From Terriglobia bacterium (GTDB lineage Bacteria; Acidobacteriota; Terriglobia; 2-12-FULL-54-10): DNA of 64,000 nucleotides. Position numbers and translations under genes: made by a program. The stretch covers positions 1-64,000 of the forward strand of contig CAXVYR010000003.1 of NCBI GenBank assembly GCA_963666975.2, read 5' to 3'. The notes beneath the pieces were generated by a model. The model saw nothing but the letters and a program-made list of their open reading frames with translations, was not told the DNA's origin and did no database searches. Below are positions 10,294 through 21,400 of the stretch, one piece after another. Each line of letters starts with the position of its first letter. The stretch's first letter is position 1.

Positions 10294-12198
10294 ATGAAGG
10301 ACAAAAGGAGCATAGCTTTTCTGGCTATTCTAGGAATTTTTGCTCTAGGAGCACCGCGGACGCAGGCCGCGGGTATCGTCATTTATCCGGACCTAGTGGT
10401 ATACAACGCGAAGGTTGTCACGGTGGATGATGTTTCTTTCAATCCGAGCGTGGGAACCATCGCTGAGGCGATGGCGATTAAGGACGGCAAGATTCTGCTG
10501 GTGGGCAGTAACGCGCAGATTCGGGATACAGCGGGTCCCAACACCCGGCAGATTGACCTGAAGGGGAGGATGGTGATGCCGGGGATCATTAATACCCACG
10601 ATCACCCCAATGACTGGGATCCATTAAATCCCAAAATCGTGCAGAAAGTCATCAGCGACGACATTGAAATTGAACGTTTTCTCCAGGACCCGCCCGAGGA
10701 GCAGCTACAGAGGTTCCCCCGCGTATTGGAGGCAGCGGTGCTGAAGGCCAAACCGGGACAGTGGATTCGCATCAGCCTTCTTTACGGAGAGGATTTCAGC
10801 ACAGAGTACCGCAATGTGCTCCAAAGCGCCTTGGGCACGAGGATCACCAAACAGCAACTGGACCTGGCTGCCCCGAACAACCCTGTTATAGTCAGGGCTG
10901 GCTTTGTAGGGATGGTACTGAACCAAAAAGCAATCGATGAGACGAAGAAGGTTTATTACGGAGATCTTTCCAAAATGCCTTTCTCATGGGTTGACACCGA
11001 GGGAAATGCTAGCAACGCCCTTGATGAGGTAACAGGCCTTGGTACGGTTAGTTATCGTCAGGTAGAAACTGATGTGATGTGGAAAGATCGGGTGGACTTG
11101 ATCGCGGAAATTTACCGCTACGGGTTGGAATGGTTGGCGGGGAACGGGATCACCACGTTTAACTCCCTCGTCCATGCTTGGAATTCTCTTACGGCTTATC
11201 GAATGCTGGATCGGCAAGGCACGATGGCCGCCCGGATGGGTTGGGGCTACGGAGCAAGTGCGAAGATGATGAAGAGTTATTTGGACGACCCTTATCTGCT
11301 GGCAGACCTGACCAGCCGGGAGGGGGAGGGCACAGACTATATATGGTTCACAGGGAGTTGGGGAGGACACAATCAGAGCAGGTGTACCACGCTGCCCGGC
11401 ACGTCCCCTGAAGTCAAGGCACGAGAGGGCGCGTGTCACCTAGCTCCAGGCACTGTTACCTATCAGAATTCGTATGCGCTGGTGAAACATGGGGCGAGGT
11501 TGAATGCCTACCACCAAATGGGTGACCGAGACACTGACTATGTTCTGGACCTGGTCGAGAAGGCCAGCCAGGAGGCTGGCCTGACGATCGACCAGATTAA
11601 GGCGAGACGCCATATCCCCTTTGATCATGGGGACTTTGTTCGTCCCGACCAGGCAGAGCGCGCCGCGGAGCTGGGAATGATTGGTGGAACCTGGGATTTT
11701 ACCTTGTGGGAAAGTGCGGATCAGAGGTTCAAGGATTATGGGGAAAGGGGTTCAAGTTGGCATGTTCCCCGAAAAACCATGGTCTCGGCGGGACTCATGA
11801 ATACTTTCGAAATTGATCGTCCGTTAGGGTATACAAATCTGAACGGCTTCACAGTTCTGGGTGCAGGACTAACCAGGAAGGGACAGGACGGCAGAGTGTA
11901 TGCTCCAGAAGAGCGGATTGACCGGCAGACGATGCTAAAGGTGGCTACCATTTGGGGAGCCTACTATATGTTGAGAGAAGATTTGCTGGGTTCCCTGGAG
12001 GCTGGCAAGTTTGCTGACTTCATTGTTCTTGATAAGGACTATATGACAATCCCAGAAGATCAGATCAAGAACATCAGGGTATTAATGGCGGTGTTGGGAG
12101 GCAAGACCGTTCATTTAGTGCCATCACTCGCCCGGGAAATCGGGATGCAACCTGCGGGCGCGCAGGTGGAGCTGGGTGGACCGGGATCGCGATACTGA
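10294..12198 (+). CDS. Secreted amidohydrolase family 3 (YtcJ-like), paralog 1
   Basis: Signal peptide; IDLKGRMVMPGIINTHDH, YHQMGD, DH and GSLEAGKFADFIVLD; RBS GAGGAG. Confidence 0.88.
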   Translation: MKDKRSIAFLAILGIFALGAPRTQAAGIVIYPDLVVYNAKVVTVDDVSFNPSVGTIAEAMAIKDGKILLVGSNAQIRDTAGPNTRQIDLKGRMVMPGIINTHDHPNDWDPLNPKIVQKVISDDIEIERFLQDPPEEQLQRFPRVLEAAVLKAKPGQWIRISLLYGEDFSTEYRNVLQSALGTRITKQQLDLAAPNNPVIVRAGFVGMVLNQKAIDETKKVYYGDLSKMPFSWVDTEGNASNALDEVTGLGTVSYRQVETDVMWKDRVDLIAEIYRYGLEWLAGNGITTFNSLVHAWNSLTAYRMLDRQGTMAARMGWGYGASAKMMKSYLDDPYLLADLTSREGEGTDYIWFTGSWGGHNQSRCTTLPGTSPEVKAREGACHLAPGTVTYQNSYALVKHGARLNAYHQMGDRDTDYVLDLVEKASQEAGLTIDQIKARRHIPFDHGDFVRPDQAERAAELGMIGGTWDFTLWESADQRFKDYGERGSSWHVPRKTMVSAGLMNTFEIDRPLGYTNLNGFTVLGAGLTRKGQDGRVYAPEERIDRQTMLKVATIWGAYYMLREDLLGSLEAGKFADFIVLDKDYMTIPEDQIKNIRVLMAVLGGKTVHLVPSLAREIGMQPAGAQVELGGPGSRY

Positions 12199-12265
12199 AG
12201 GTCATCAACAATAGCGGAGCGCAATACGGGTGCTTCCCAAAATAGCTTATGAGGAGAATAGGGTT

Positions 12266-14176
12266 ATGAAGGACACGAGGGCATTAGCTTTTCTGGCTAT
12301 TGTTGGCATTTTTGCTCTGGGAGCAATACGGACGGAGGCTGCGGGTATCGTCATTTATCCGGACCTGGTGGTTTACAACGCGAAGATTGTCACGGTGGAT
12401 GATGTCTCGTTTACCTCGCGGCTAGGAACCATCGCGCAGGCGATGGCGATCAAGGACGCCAAGATTCTGCTGGTGGGCAGTAACGCGCAGATTCGGGATA
12501 CAGCGGGTCCCAACACCCGGCAGATTGACCTGAATGGGAGGACGGTGTTGCCCGGGGTAATCAGCACGCACGAGCACCCAACCGATTGGGACACGATGAT
12601 TCCCCAGATTATGCTGAACGTGATCCCCCAGGATGTCATTGCGCAGCGTTGGTTGGAGGGGACCCCGGAGGAACAGATCCAGAAGTTCCCGGCTGCTTTG
12701 GAGGAAGCGGTACGGAGTGCCAGGCCGGGGCAGTGGATTCGGATGAACTTCATGTGGGGCGATGGCTTCACGTACGACATTAGGGTCTATGCCAGTGAAA
12801 GTCGCGGTGGCGACCCTGGCGGTGGTTGGGCGGGTGGAAAGATTACCAAGGAGATGATGGACCGAATTGCTCCGAACAACCCCGTGCTGGTGCGGGGCAT
12901 CACGGGCACCCGGCTGGCCGGCATTAGCACTATGCTGAATTCGAAGGGAATTGAAGAAGCCCGAAAAGTCTTTCAGGATACGGGTGACCTGCGAGGACCC
13001 CAAGTCGATGAAGAGACCGGTGTGGCCGGCCTGAACTACCGGACCCTGGACCCCGACGTGGTGTTTAAAGACCAGCTAAAGCTATGGACGGAGGCCTTAA
13101 GGCAGGGTCTCTCCTGGGACGCGGGGTTAGGCTATACGACCCATGGCACCTTTCTGCATGCCAAGAACACCATCAAAGCATACAAGCGTTTGGATAAAGA
13201 GGGCCGGATACCAGCGCGAATGGCCTGGGGGCATGGCAACCTAAAAGAAGAGCAGTTACCGTACTTTTTCACCGACCCGCTGTTGCTAACGGACTTGGCG
13301 ACGCGAGCAGGAGAAGGCAGTGACTACCTTTGGTATTACGGGACGGGACAGGCTGCGAGTGGTACTCTTAGTTTGCCCTTGGTCGGCGACCTGCCGGTAA
13401 CCTGGGGTAGTTATGCTCCTTCGTCCGCTTTTTACAAGAGTCTTTACACGTATGTTCGAGAAGGGGGCCGGCTGATGGCCTACCACCAGTACGGTGATGT
13501 AAACATAGATATGGTGATGGACCTGATCGAGAAGGCGAGCCGGGAGGGGGGCCTGACGCCGGAGGAGATCCGGGAGCGGCGGCACACGGCCGATCACATG
13601 AATGCCTGGCCACGCCCTGGAGATCAGGTGGAGCGACTAAAAAGGCTCGGAATTATTGTGGGCGCCACTATGAGTCATATCTGGGAAGATACGCCGGAAT
13701 GGGTCGAGAATTATGGGGAACGAGCTGCGGAGTTCGTGGTGCCAAGGAAGAATGTGATCGATGCCGAGATCATGAACACATTTGAGACAGACCGTCCTTT
13801 AGGCACTACAGCAGACTTCAATGTTTTCGACTTTATTGCGTGGGGGATTACCCGGAAGGGGCCGGACGGAAAAGTGTGGGCACCCGGCCAGCGGATTTCC
13901 CGGGAGCTGAGTTTGAAGACGGCCACCACGTGGGGTTCCTATTACGTACTGCGAGAGAAGCAGCTGGGCTCGCTGGAAGTGGGCAAGTTAGCCGACTTCT
14001 TGGTGCTGGATCGGGATTACCTGACGATTCCGGAAGAAGACATAGCGAATATTCGGGTGTTGCTGACGGTGGTGGGAGGGAAGATCATTCACCTGGTTCC
14101 CTCTGTGGCGCGCGAAATCGGGATGCAGCCTACGGGGGCCCAGATTGAGTTCGGAGGGCCTGGATCGCGACACTGA
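12266..14176 (+). CDS. Secreted amidohydrolase family 3, paralog 2
   Basis: Signal peptide; PGVISTHEH, YHQYGD, HTADH and GSLEVGKLADFLVLD. Confidence 0.88.
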   Translation: MKDTRALAFLAIVGIFALGAIRTEAAGIVIYPDLVVYNAKIVTVDDVSFTSRLGTIAQAMAIKDAKILLVGSNAQIRDTAGPNTRQIDLNGRTVLPGVISTHEHPTDWDTMIPQIMLNVIPQDVIAQRWLEGTPEEQIQKFPAALEEAVRSARPGQWIRMNFMWGDGFTYDIRVYASESRGGDPGGGWAGGKITKEMMDRIAPNNPVLVRGITGTRLAGISTMLNSKGIEEARKVFQDTGDLRGPQVDEETGVAGLNYRTLDPDVVFKDQLKLWTEALRQGLSWDAGLGYTTHGTFLHAKNTIKAYKRLDKEGRIPARMAWGHGNLKEEQLPYFFTDPLLLTDLATRAGEGSDYLWYYGTGQAASGTLSLPLVGDLPVTWGSYAPSSAFYKSLYTYVREGGRLMAYHQYGDVNIDMVMDLIEKASREGGLTPEEIRERRHTADHMNAWPRPGDQVERLKRLGIIVGATMSHIWEDTPEWVENYGERAAEFVVPRKNVIDAEIMNTFETDRPLGTTADFNVFDFIAWGITRKGPDGKVWAPGQRISRELSLKTATTWGSYYVLREKQLGSLEVGKLADFLVLDRDYLTIPEEDIANIRVLLTVVGGKIIHLVPSVAREIGMQPTGAQIEFGGPGSRH

Positions 14177-16842
14177 AGTAGTGCTCTTGCATAAGGTTTG
14201 CCTATAGATTAGACTGTCAAAGGCGAAGTTTCGATATTGTACAGTTTCCATTTCCATAGGGCTCAAGAATGAGGAGGACACGGTCATGAAGGACAGAAGA
14301 ACGTTAGCTTTTCTGGCTATTGTTGGCATTTTTGCTCTGGGAGCAATACGGACGCAGGCCGCGGGAATCGTCATCTATCCGGACTTGGTGGTTTACAACG
14401 CGAAGGTTGTTACCGTGGATGATGTCTCGTTTACCTCGCGGCTAGGAACCATCGCTGAGGCGATGGCGATCAAGGACGGCAAGATTCTGCTAGTGGGCAG
14501 TAACGCGCAGATTCGGGATACAGCGGGTCCCAACACCCGGCAGATTGACCTGAGGGGGAGGACAGTAGTGCCCGGGGTAATCAGCACGCACGAGCACCCA
14601 ACCGATTGGGACACGATGATTCCCCAGATTATGCTGAACGTGATCCCCCAGGATGTCATTGCGCAGCGTTGGCTGGAGGGGACCCCGGAGGAACAGATCC
14701 AGAAGTTTCCGGCTGCTTTGGAGGAAGCGGTACGGAGTGCCAGGCCGGGGCAGTGGATTCGGATGAACTTCATGTGGGGCGATGGCTTCACGTACGACGT
14801 CAGTGCCTTCGCCGGTGATGACTCTTTCGGTCTCTGCAACGGGTGGGCTGGAACAAAAATCACTAAAGAGATGATGGACCGAATTGCGACGAATAACCCT
14901 GTTCTGGTGCGCGGCATAACCGGCACTCGATTGGCTGGTATTTGCACCATGCTGAATTCTAGGGGAATTGAGGAAGCCAGGAAAATATTTGTCGATACCA
15001 ACGATCCTCGTGGACCTCAGGTCGATGAGAAGACGGGTGTGGCCGGCCTGAACTACCGCACGTTGGATCCCGATTTGATATTCAAAGACCATCTTGATCT
15101 GTGGACGGAGGCATTGCGACAGGGCCTGAGCTGGGACGCAGGATTGGGATACACAACGCACGGGACTTTCTTGCACGCCAAGAACACCATCAAAGCATAC
15201 AAGCGTTTGAATAAAGAGGGCCGGATGCCAGCAAGAATGGCTTGGGGACATGGAAACCTAAATCCAGAGCAATTACCATATTTCTATACGGACCCACTTT
15301 TGTTAGCCGATTTTGCGACCCGGGAGGGCGAAGGAAACGACTACTTGTGGTATTACGGAACCGGGCAGGTGGCTGGAGGAGGGCTCAGTTTACCCCCAAT
15401 CAGCGACAATGCTGCGAAAGCGGCAACCTTAATGAATACCTATTTTTCTTCTAGTCCTTATTACAAACACCTTTACAACTATGTTAAGGAGGGCGGGCGC
15501 CTTATGGCGTACCATCAGGTGGGGGATGTAAGTATCGACAAAGTATTGGACCTGATTGAACAGGCGAGCGATGAAGCCGGAATTACGCCCGAAGAAATTC
15601 GAGCGAAACGTCACACCGCTGATCATATGAACGCGTGGCCACGCCCTGGAGATCAGGTGGAGCGACTAAAAAGGCTCGGAATTATTGTGGGCGCCACTAT
15701 GAGTCATATCTGGGAAGATACGCCGGAATGGGTCGAGAATTATGGGGAACGAGCTGCGGAGTTCGTGGTGCCAAGGAAGAATGTGATCGATGCCGAGATC
15801 ATGAACACATTTGAGACAGACCGTCCTTTAGGCACTACAGCAGACTTCAATGTTTTCGACTTTATTGCGTGGGGGATTACCCGGAAGGGGCCGGACGGAA
15901 AAGTGTGGGCACCCGGCCAGCGGATTTCCCGGGAGCTGAGTTTGAAGACGGCCACCACGTGGGGTTCCTATTACGTACTGCGAGAGAAGCAGCTGGGCTC
16001 GCTGGAAGTGGGCAAGTTAGCCGACTTCTTGGTGCTGGATCGGGATTACCTGACGATTCCGGAAGAAGACATAGCGAATATTCGGGTGTTGCTGACGGTG
16101 GTGGGAGGGAAGATCATTCACCTGGTTCCCTCTGTGGCGCGCGAAATCGGGATGCAGCCTACGGGGGCCCAGATTGAGTTCGGAGGGCCTGGATCGCGAC
16201 ACTGAAGTAGTGCTCTTGCATAAGGTTTGCCTATAGATTAGACTGTCAAAGGCGAAGTTTCGATATTGTACAGTTTCCATTTCCATAGGGCTCAAGAATG
16301 AGGAGGACACGGTCATGAAGGACAGAAGAACGTTAGCTTTTCTGGCTATTGTTGGCATTTTTGCTCTGGGAGCAATACGGACGCAGGCCGCGGGAATCGT
16401 CATCTATCCGGACTTGGTGGTTTACAACGCGAAGGTTGTTACCGTGGATGATGTCTCGTTTACCTCGCGGCTAGGAACCATCGCTGAGGCGATGGCGATC
16501 AAGGACGGCAAGATTCTGCTAGTGGGCAGTAACGCGCAGATTCGGGATACAGCGGGTCCCAACACCCGGCAGATTGACCTGAGGGGGAGGACAGTAGTGC
16601 CCGGGGTAATCAGCACGCACGAGCACCCAACCGATTGGGACACGATGATTCCCCAGATTATGCTGAACGTGATCCCCCAGGATGTCATTGCGCAGCGTTG
16701 GCTGGAGGGGACCCCGGAGGAACAGATCCAGAAGTTCCCGGCTGCTTTGGAGGAAGCGGTACGGAGTGCCAGGCCGGGGCAGTGGATTCGGATGAACTTC
16801 ATGTGGGGGGATGGCTTCACGCACGACGTCAGTGCCTTCGCC
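13607..16842 (+). repeat. About 1.2-kb near-identical direct repeat (13607-14813 vs 15636-16842, offset 2029)
   Basis: Gene 3' end, spacer and next gene 5' end are duplicated with only a few SNPs; identical shadow ORFs at offset 2029 in the ORF track. Confidence 0.9.
14286..16205 (+). CDS. Secreted amidohydrolase family 3, paralog 3
   Basis: Same motifs as paralog 2; RBS GAGGAGG. Confidence 0.88.
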   Translation: MKDRRTLAFLAIVGIFALGAIRTQAAGIVIYPDLVVYNAKVVTVDDVSFTSRLGTIAEAMAIKDGKILLVGSNAQIRDTAGPNTRQIDLRGRTVVPGVISTHEHPTDWDTMIPQIMLNVIPQDVIAQRWLEGTPEEQIQKFPAALEEAVRSARPGQWIRMNFMWGDGFTYDVSAFAGDDSFGLCNGWAGTKITKEMMDRIATNNPVLVRGITGTRLAGICTMLNSRGIEEARKIFVDTNDPRGPQVDEKTGVAGLNYRTLDPDLIFKDHLDLWTEALRQGLSWDAGLGYTTHGTFLHAKNTIKAYKRLNKEGRMPARMAWGHGNLNPEQLPYFYTDPLLLADFATREGEGNDYLWYYGTGQVAGGGLSLPPISDNAAKAATLMNTYFSSSPYYKHLYNYVKEGGRLMAYHQVGDVSIDKVLDLIEQASDEAGITPEEIRAKRHTADHMNAWPRPGDQVERLKRLGIIVGATMSHIWEDTPEWVENYGERAAEFVVPRKNVIDAEIMNTFETDRPLGTTADFNVFDFIAWGITRKGPDGKVWAPGQRISRELSLKTATTWGSYYVLREKQLGSLEVGKLADFLVLDRDYLTIPEEDIANIRVLLTVVGGKIIHLVPSVAREIGMQPTGAQIEFGGPGSRH

Positions 16843-18228
16843 ACTTATCCTAATGACCTTTGCGAAGGCTGGGCGGGCACAAAGATTACCAAGGAGATGA
16901 TGGACCGAATTGCTCCGAACAACCCCGTGCTGGTGCGGGGCATCACGGGCACCCGGCTGGCTGGCATTTGCACCATGACGAATTCGAAGGGAATTGAAGA
17001 AGCCCGGAAAGTCTTTCAGGATACGGGCGACCTGCGAGGACCCCAGGTAGATGAACCGACCGGTGTGGCCGGCCTGAACTACCGGACCCTGGACCCCGAC
17101 GTGGTGTTTAAAGACCAGCTAAAGCTATGGACGGAGGCCCTAAGGCAGGGTCTATCCTGGGACGCGGGGTTAGGGTACACGACCCATGGCACCTTTCTGC
17201 ACGCCAAGAACACCATTAAAGCATACAAGCGTTTGGATAAAGAGGGACGGATGCCAGCGCGAATGGCCTGGGGGCATGGCAATTTGAAAGTCGAACAACT
17301 GCCATACTTCTATACCGACCCGCTTTTGCTAGCGGACCTGGCGACTCGAGCGGGAGAAGGTGGTGATTACCTCTGGTATTACGGGACGGGCCAGAATGGC
17401 AGTGGGGGTCTTAGTCTGCCGCCAATAGCTGGAAAGCAAGTTCGAAGCAGTGTCGGACTCTCTTACGCGACGCTTAGCCCTTACTACAAGTACCTATACA
17501 GCTATGTCAAAGAAGGTGGGCGAGTGATGGCTTACCATCAGTACGGAGATGTCCACATGGACATGGTGATGGATCTGATTGAAAAGGCGAGCGCTGAAGC
17601 CGGAATTACGCCCGACGAAATTCGAGCGAAACGTCACACCGCTGATCATATGAACGCGTGGCCGCGCCCGGGCGATCAGGTCCAACGGCTAAAAAGGCTA
17701 GGGATAATAGTCGGTGCCTCCGTGAGTCACATCTGGGAGGACACACCGGGCTGGGTTGAGGTTTATGGTGAACGGGCCGCAGAGTTTATGGTGCCACTGA
17801 AGAATGTGACCGATGCGGGTGTGATGAACACGTTTGAAACAGACCGTCCTTTGGGTACTACAGCAGACTTCAATGTTTTCGACTTTATTGCGTGGGGGAT
17901 TACCCGGAAGGGGCCGGATGGCAAGGTCTGGGCTCCGAGCCAGAGGAGGCCCCGCGAACTCGGTTTAAAGTCGGCAACTACTTGGGGATCCTATTACGTA
18001 TTGCGAGAGAATCAGTTGGGCTCGCTCGAACCCGGCAAGTTGGCCGATTTCTTAGTGCTGGATAGGGATTACCTGACGATACCGGAAGAAGACATAGCGA
18101 ATATTCGGGTGTTGCTGACGGTCGTGGGAGGGAAGATCATTCACCTGGTTCCCTCTGTGGCGCGCGAAATCGGGATGCAGCCTACAGGGGCCCAGATTGA
18201 GTTCGGAGGGCCTGGATCACGACACTGA
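16315..18228 (+). CDS. Secreted amidohydrolase family 3, paralog 4
   Basis: Same motifs as paralogs 2 and 3. Confidence 0.88.
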   Translation: MKDRRTLAFLAIVGIFALGAIRTQAAGIVIYPDLVVYNAKVVTVDDVSFTSRLGTIAEAMAIKDGKILLVGSNAQIRDTAGPNTRQIDLRGRTVVPGVISTHEHPTDWDTMIPQIMLNVIPQDVIAQRWLEGTPEEQIQKFPAALEEAVRSARPGQWIRMNFMWGDGFTHDVSAFATYPNDLCEGWAGTKITKEMMDRIAPNNPVLVRGITGTRLAGICTMTNSKGIEEARKVFQDTGDLRGPQVDEPTGVAGLNYRTLDPDVVFKDQLKLWTEALRQGLSWDAGLGYTTHGTFLHAKNTIKAYKRLDKEGRMPARMAWGHGNLKVEQLPYFYTDPLLLADLATRAGEGGDYLWYYGTGQNGSGGLSLPPIAGKQVRSSVGLSYATLSPYYKYLYSYVKEGGRVMAYHQYGDVHMDMVMDLIEKASAEAGITPDEIRAKRHTADHMNAWPRPGDQVQRLKRLGIIVGASVSHIWEDTPGWVEVYGERAAEFMVPLKNVTDAGVMNTFETDRPLGTTADFNVFDFIAWGITRKGPDGKVWAPSQRRPRELGLKSATTWGSYYVLRENQLGSLEPGKLADFLVLDRDYLTIPEEDIANIRVLLTVVGGKIIHLVPSVAREIGMQPTGAQIEFGGPGSRH

Positions 18229-18437
18229 AATAGGCTCTTTGACTATGGATTGTCATAGGCGAAGTTCCCGTTTTCTGTAGGTTCCGGGCGCTCGGCTATC
18301 TGGAAGCTTTATTTTCTGAGGGTTACAGACCAGAGAGATTGGTAATAGACTTGCCGCAACTATTTGGAAGTGGTGGTAAGTGCGGTAAATTGAATGATAA
18401 TCCACAGCCATAAAGATAGAATAGCAGGGAGGAGACC

Positions 18438-21400
18438 ATGAGTTTCACCAAAGAGGTAAGTGTATTCGTTTCCATGATCTTATTGCTTGGGGTCGCAGCC
18501 TACAGCCAAGTAACAACGGCTACGATTTCCGGCACCGTGAATGACAGTACTGGTGCGGTAATTCCAGGCGCCACAGTGGCCCTCAGGCATGTGGATACAG
18601 GCAGGAGTCGCACTGTTAGCACGGGTACGGAGGGTCGCTATAGCGCCGCCCAGTTGTCGGTGGGGAGCTACGAGGTCACGGCCGAATCAGCTGGTTTTCA
18701 AACCGTCGTGCGTACCGGGGTTACGCTGACGGTAGGGCGGGAATTTGTTGTGGACTTCACCCTGCAAGTAGGAGCGGTGGCGGAGAGGATTACGGTAACG
18801 GGAGAAGCTCCGTTGGTCGAGACGACGAGCGCCACTGTTACGGGTCTGGTAACTGAGCGGGCTATTCGGGAGTTGCCCCTGAACGGTCGGGATTTCAGCC
18901 AGCTCATGCTCCTCCAAGAGGGTGTGGTCAATATTGCGGACGCGAACATCTTTGAAAATCCTGGAGTTAGCCTAGGCAAGCGCATTAATGTCAGTGGAGC
19001 CAGAGCCACGGCTAACAGTTGGCTGCTGGATGGGACGGACATTGTGGCTCCCATGGAGCAATCCCCGGCAAGCGTCCAAGGACAGTTGCTGGGGGTGGAT
19101 ACAGTGCGGGAGTTTCAGGTGATCACCAGCAATGCCAGCGCCGAGTACGGACGCGCCGCCGGTGCGGTGGTGAATGCCATCACGAAGTCGGGCACGAACG
19201 AGTTGCATGGGACGGTCTTCGAGTTTCTGCGCAACAGCAAGCTGGATGCCAAGAATTTCTTTGACCCCCTGGACCAATCCATCCCCCCCTTTAGGCGGAA
19301 TCAGTTTGGCGGAGTGCTGGGAGGGCCCATTAAGCGGGACCGCATGTTCTTCTTCGGCAGCTATGAAGGGCTCCGAGAGCGGTTGGGCGTGCCCCATGTG
19401 GGCAACGTACCCACAGCGGCCGCTCGTCAAGGTGAGCTGCTAGGAACAACCGTTGATGTTGCTGATGAGGTCAAACCCTACCTGAATCTGTATCCGTTGC
19501 CAAATGGACGGGAATTTACCAATCCGGCCACAGGGCTTCCCACTGGGGTTGGCGAGTTTCTGAACCCTGTCAGTCGGCCCACGAGGGAAGATTACTTCAT
19601 GGGCAAGATGGACTGGGTGTCGTCGGATAGTGATAACCTTTTTGTGCGCTATACATTTGACGACTCCATTCGCCTGGATCCCGAGGCTCTAAATCTTTTT
19701 AGAACAGAGCTCACCACACGGACGCAGTTCTTTACATTTGAAGAAAACCACATTTTCTCCCCAACCTTGCTAAATGTTTTCCGATTTGCATTCAACCGGA
19801 CGCGGACAACAGGAACATCGGAGCAGATCAGTGACATAGATCCAGCGCTAGGTTGGGTGCCGGGTGTTGCTTTTGGCGCCAGCGGACAGTTGAACGTTGG
19901 GGGCCTGACTCTTGTTGGAGGGATTGGGCCACTTCCGAAGATCTATCGGCAGAACCTGTGGCAGTTCACTAACAACATGACGCACAGTAGAGGAACGCAC
20001 ACGCTGAAATGGGGCGCGGATCACAAGTGGATTCAGAATAACATGTTCTCCTGTGTCTTCCAAAGTGGAAATTACGTATTTGACAATCTCACCAGGTTTC
20101 TAACAAGCGAACCTAACAACTTCACCAGTTTCACCAATGTGGGCACCTGCACAAGGAACTATCGGCAGACCATTTTCGGAACTTTCATTCAGGACGAGTG
20201 GAGGGCGAGGCCGAATCTGACTGTGAACCTGGGCGTGCGCTATGAAATGTGGACCCATGTGAAGGAGTTGAATGGCAGGCTGGCGAACTTGCGTTTCTTG
20301 GACGATCCGGAGATGACCATAGGGGATAATTTTAAGAACCCCTCGTTTCTAAACTTTGCCCCACGGCTCGGTGTAGCCTGGGATCCTTGGGGAGACGGGA
20401 AGACCTCCATCAAGGCGGGCTTTGGGATGTTCCATGAGCCGCTGATGTTTGCCATCTACTCGCATACCAATCTGCGCGGACCATTTTATGTCGATGCCAC
20501 CGCGTCAAGAGCTGGTGACGGGTTAACATTCCCCAATGGGTTTGATTTTGTGAAACAACAACCGGGCCAACCACTCCAGGACCTGCTGAGGAGGCTAAAT
20601 GTTCAAACGATAGACTTTGACATTGGGAGTCCCACGACGCTCCAATTCAACTTCATGCTTCAGCGGGAGTTGACGTCCAGTCTGGCGCTGAAGGCGGGCT
20701 ATGTAGGTTCGCATGGCTATCACCTGGTTCGGCTGGTAAATCCATGCATCAGCACTCCAGTCATAGAGGATGGAAGGAAACGGTTCACGGCCGGGGCGCC
20801 GTCAGACTGCAGGGCTGTTAGGACAATGTCCGCCGGGCGGATCAAAACAGATGCAAATTCTTCTTACAACTCGCTGCAGCTCGGATTGACTCAGCGGTAC
20901 TCGAGCGGGTTGCAATTTCAGGTTGCCTACACTTGGTCTCGTTTGATCAACGATGCCGAAGGGCGCTGGGACATATTTGGTACGCAAGGGCTTGGGAATG
21001 CGCAGGATCCATTTGATCGGGGGGCAGAAAGAGGTCTGGGAGCGCCGGATATTCGTCACAATATCGTGACGAATTTCTCCTACGATTTGCCGTTTGGAAA
21101 TGCCATGAGTGGGTTTGGGGGTAAGGTGATCCAGGGATGGCGCCTGAACGGAATCCTTACCACGAGAACGGGCAACCCGGTGACCCTTGGTGTCATCGGC
21201 ACTCGCTCCGGTGCCTCACCTTTTTCGAGATCGGAGCGGCCGAATTTAGTGCCCGGAAGGAGCAACAGCCCCGTGCTGGGCGGGCCAGATCAATACTATG
21301 ATCCAACTGCCTTCGAACTGCAACCGGCAGGATTCTACGGCAATGTAGGTCGGAACACTTTGATTGGACCGGGATTTGCCAGCTTCGATTTTGGGCTGGC

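Noticed and set aside
12266-18228. Diversity-generating retroelement as the source of variation
   Set aside because: No reverse transcriptase in the window; differences include indels and are not adenine-specific
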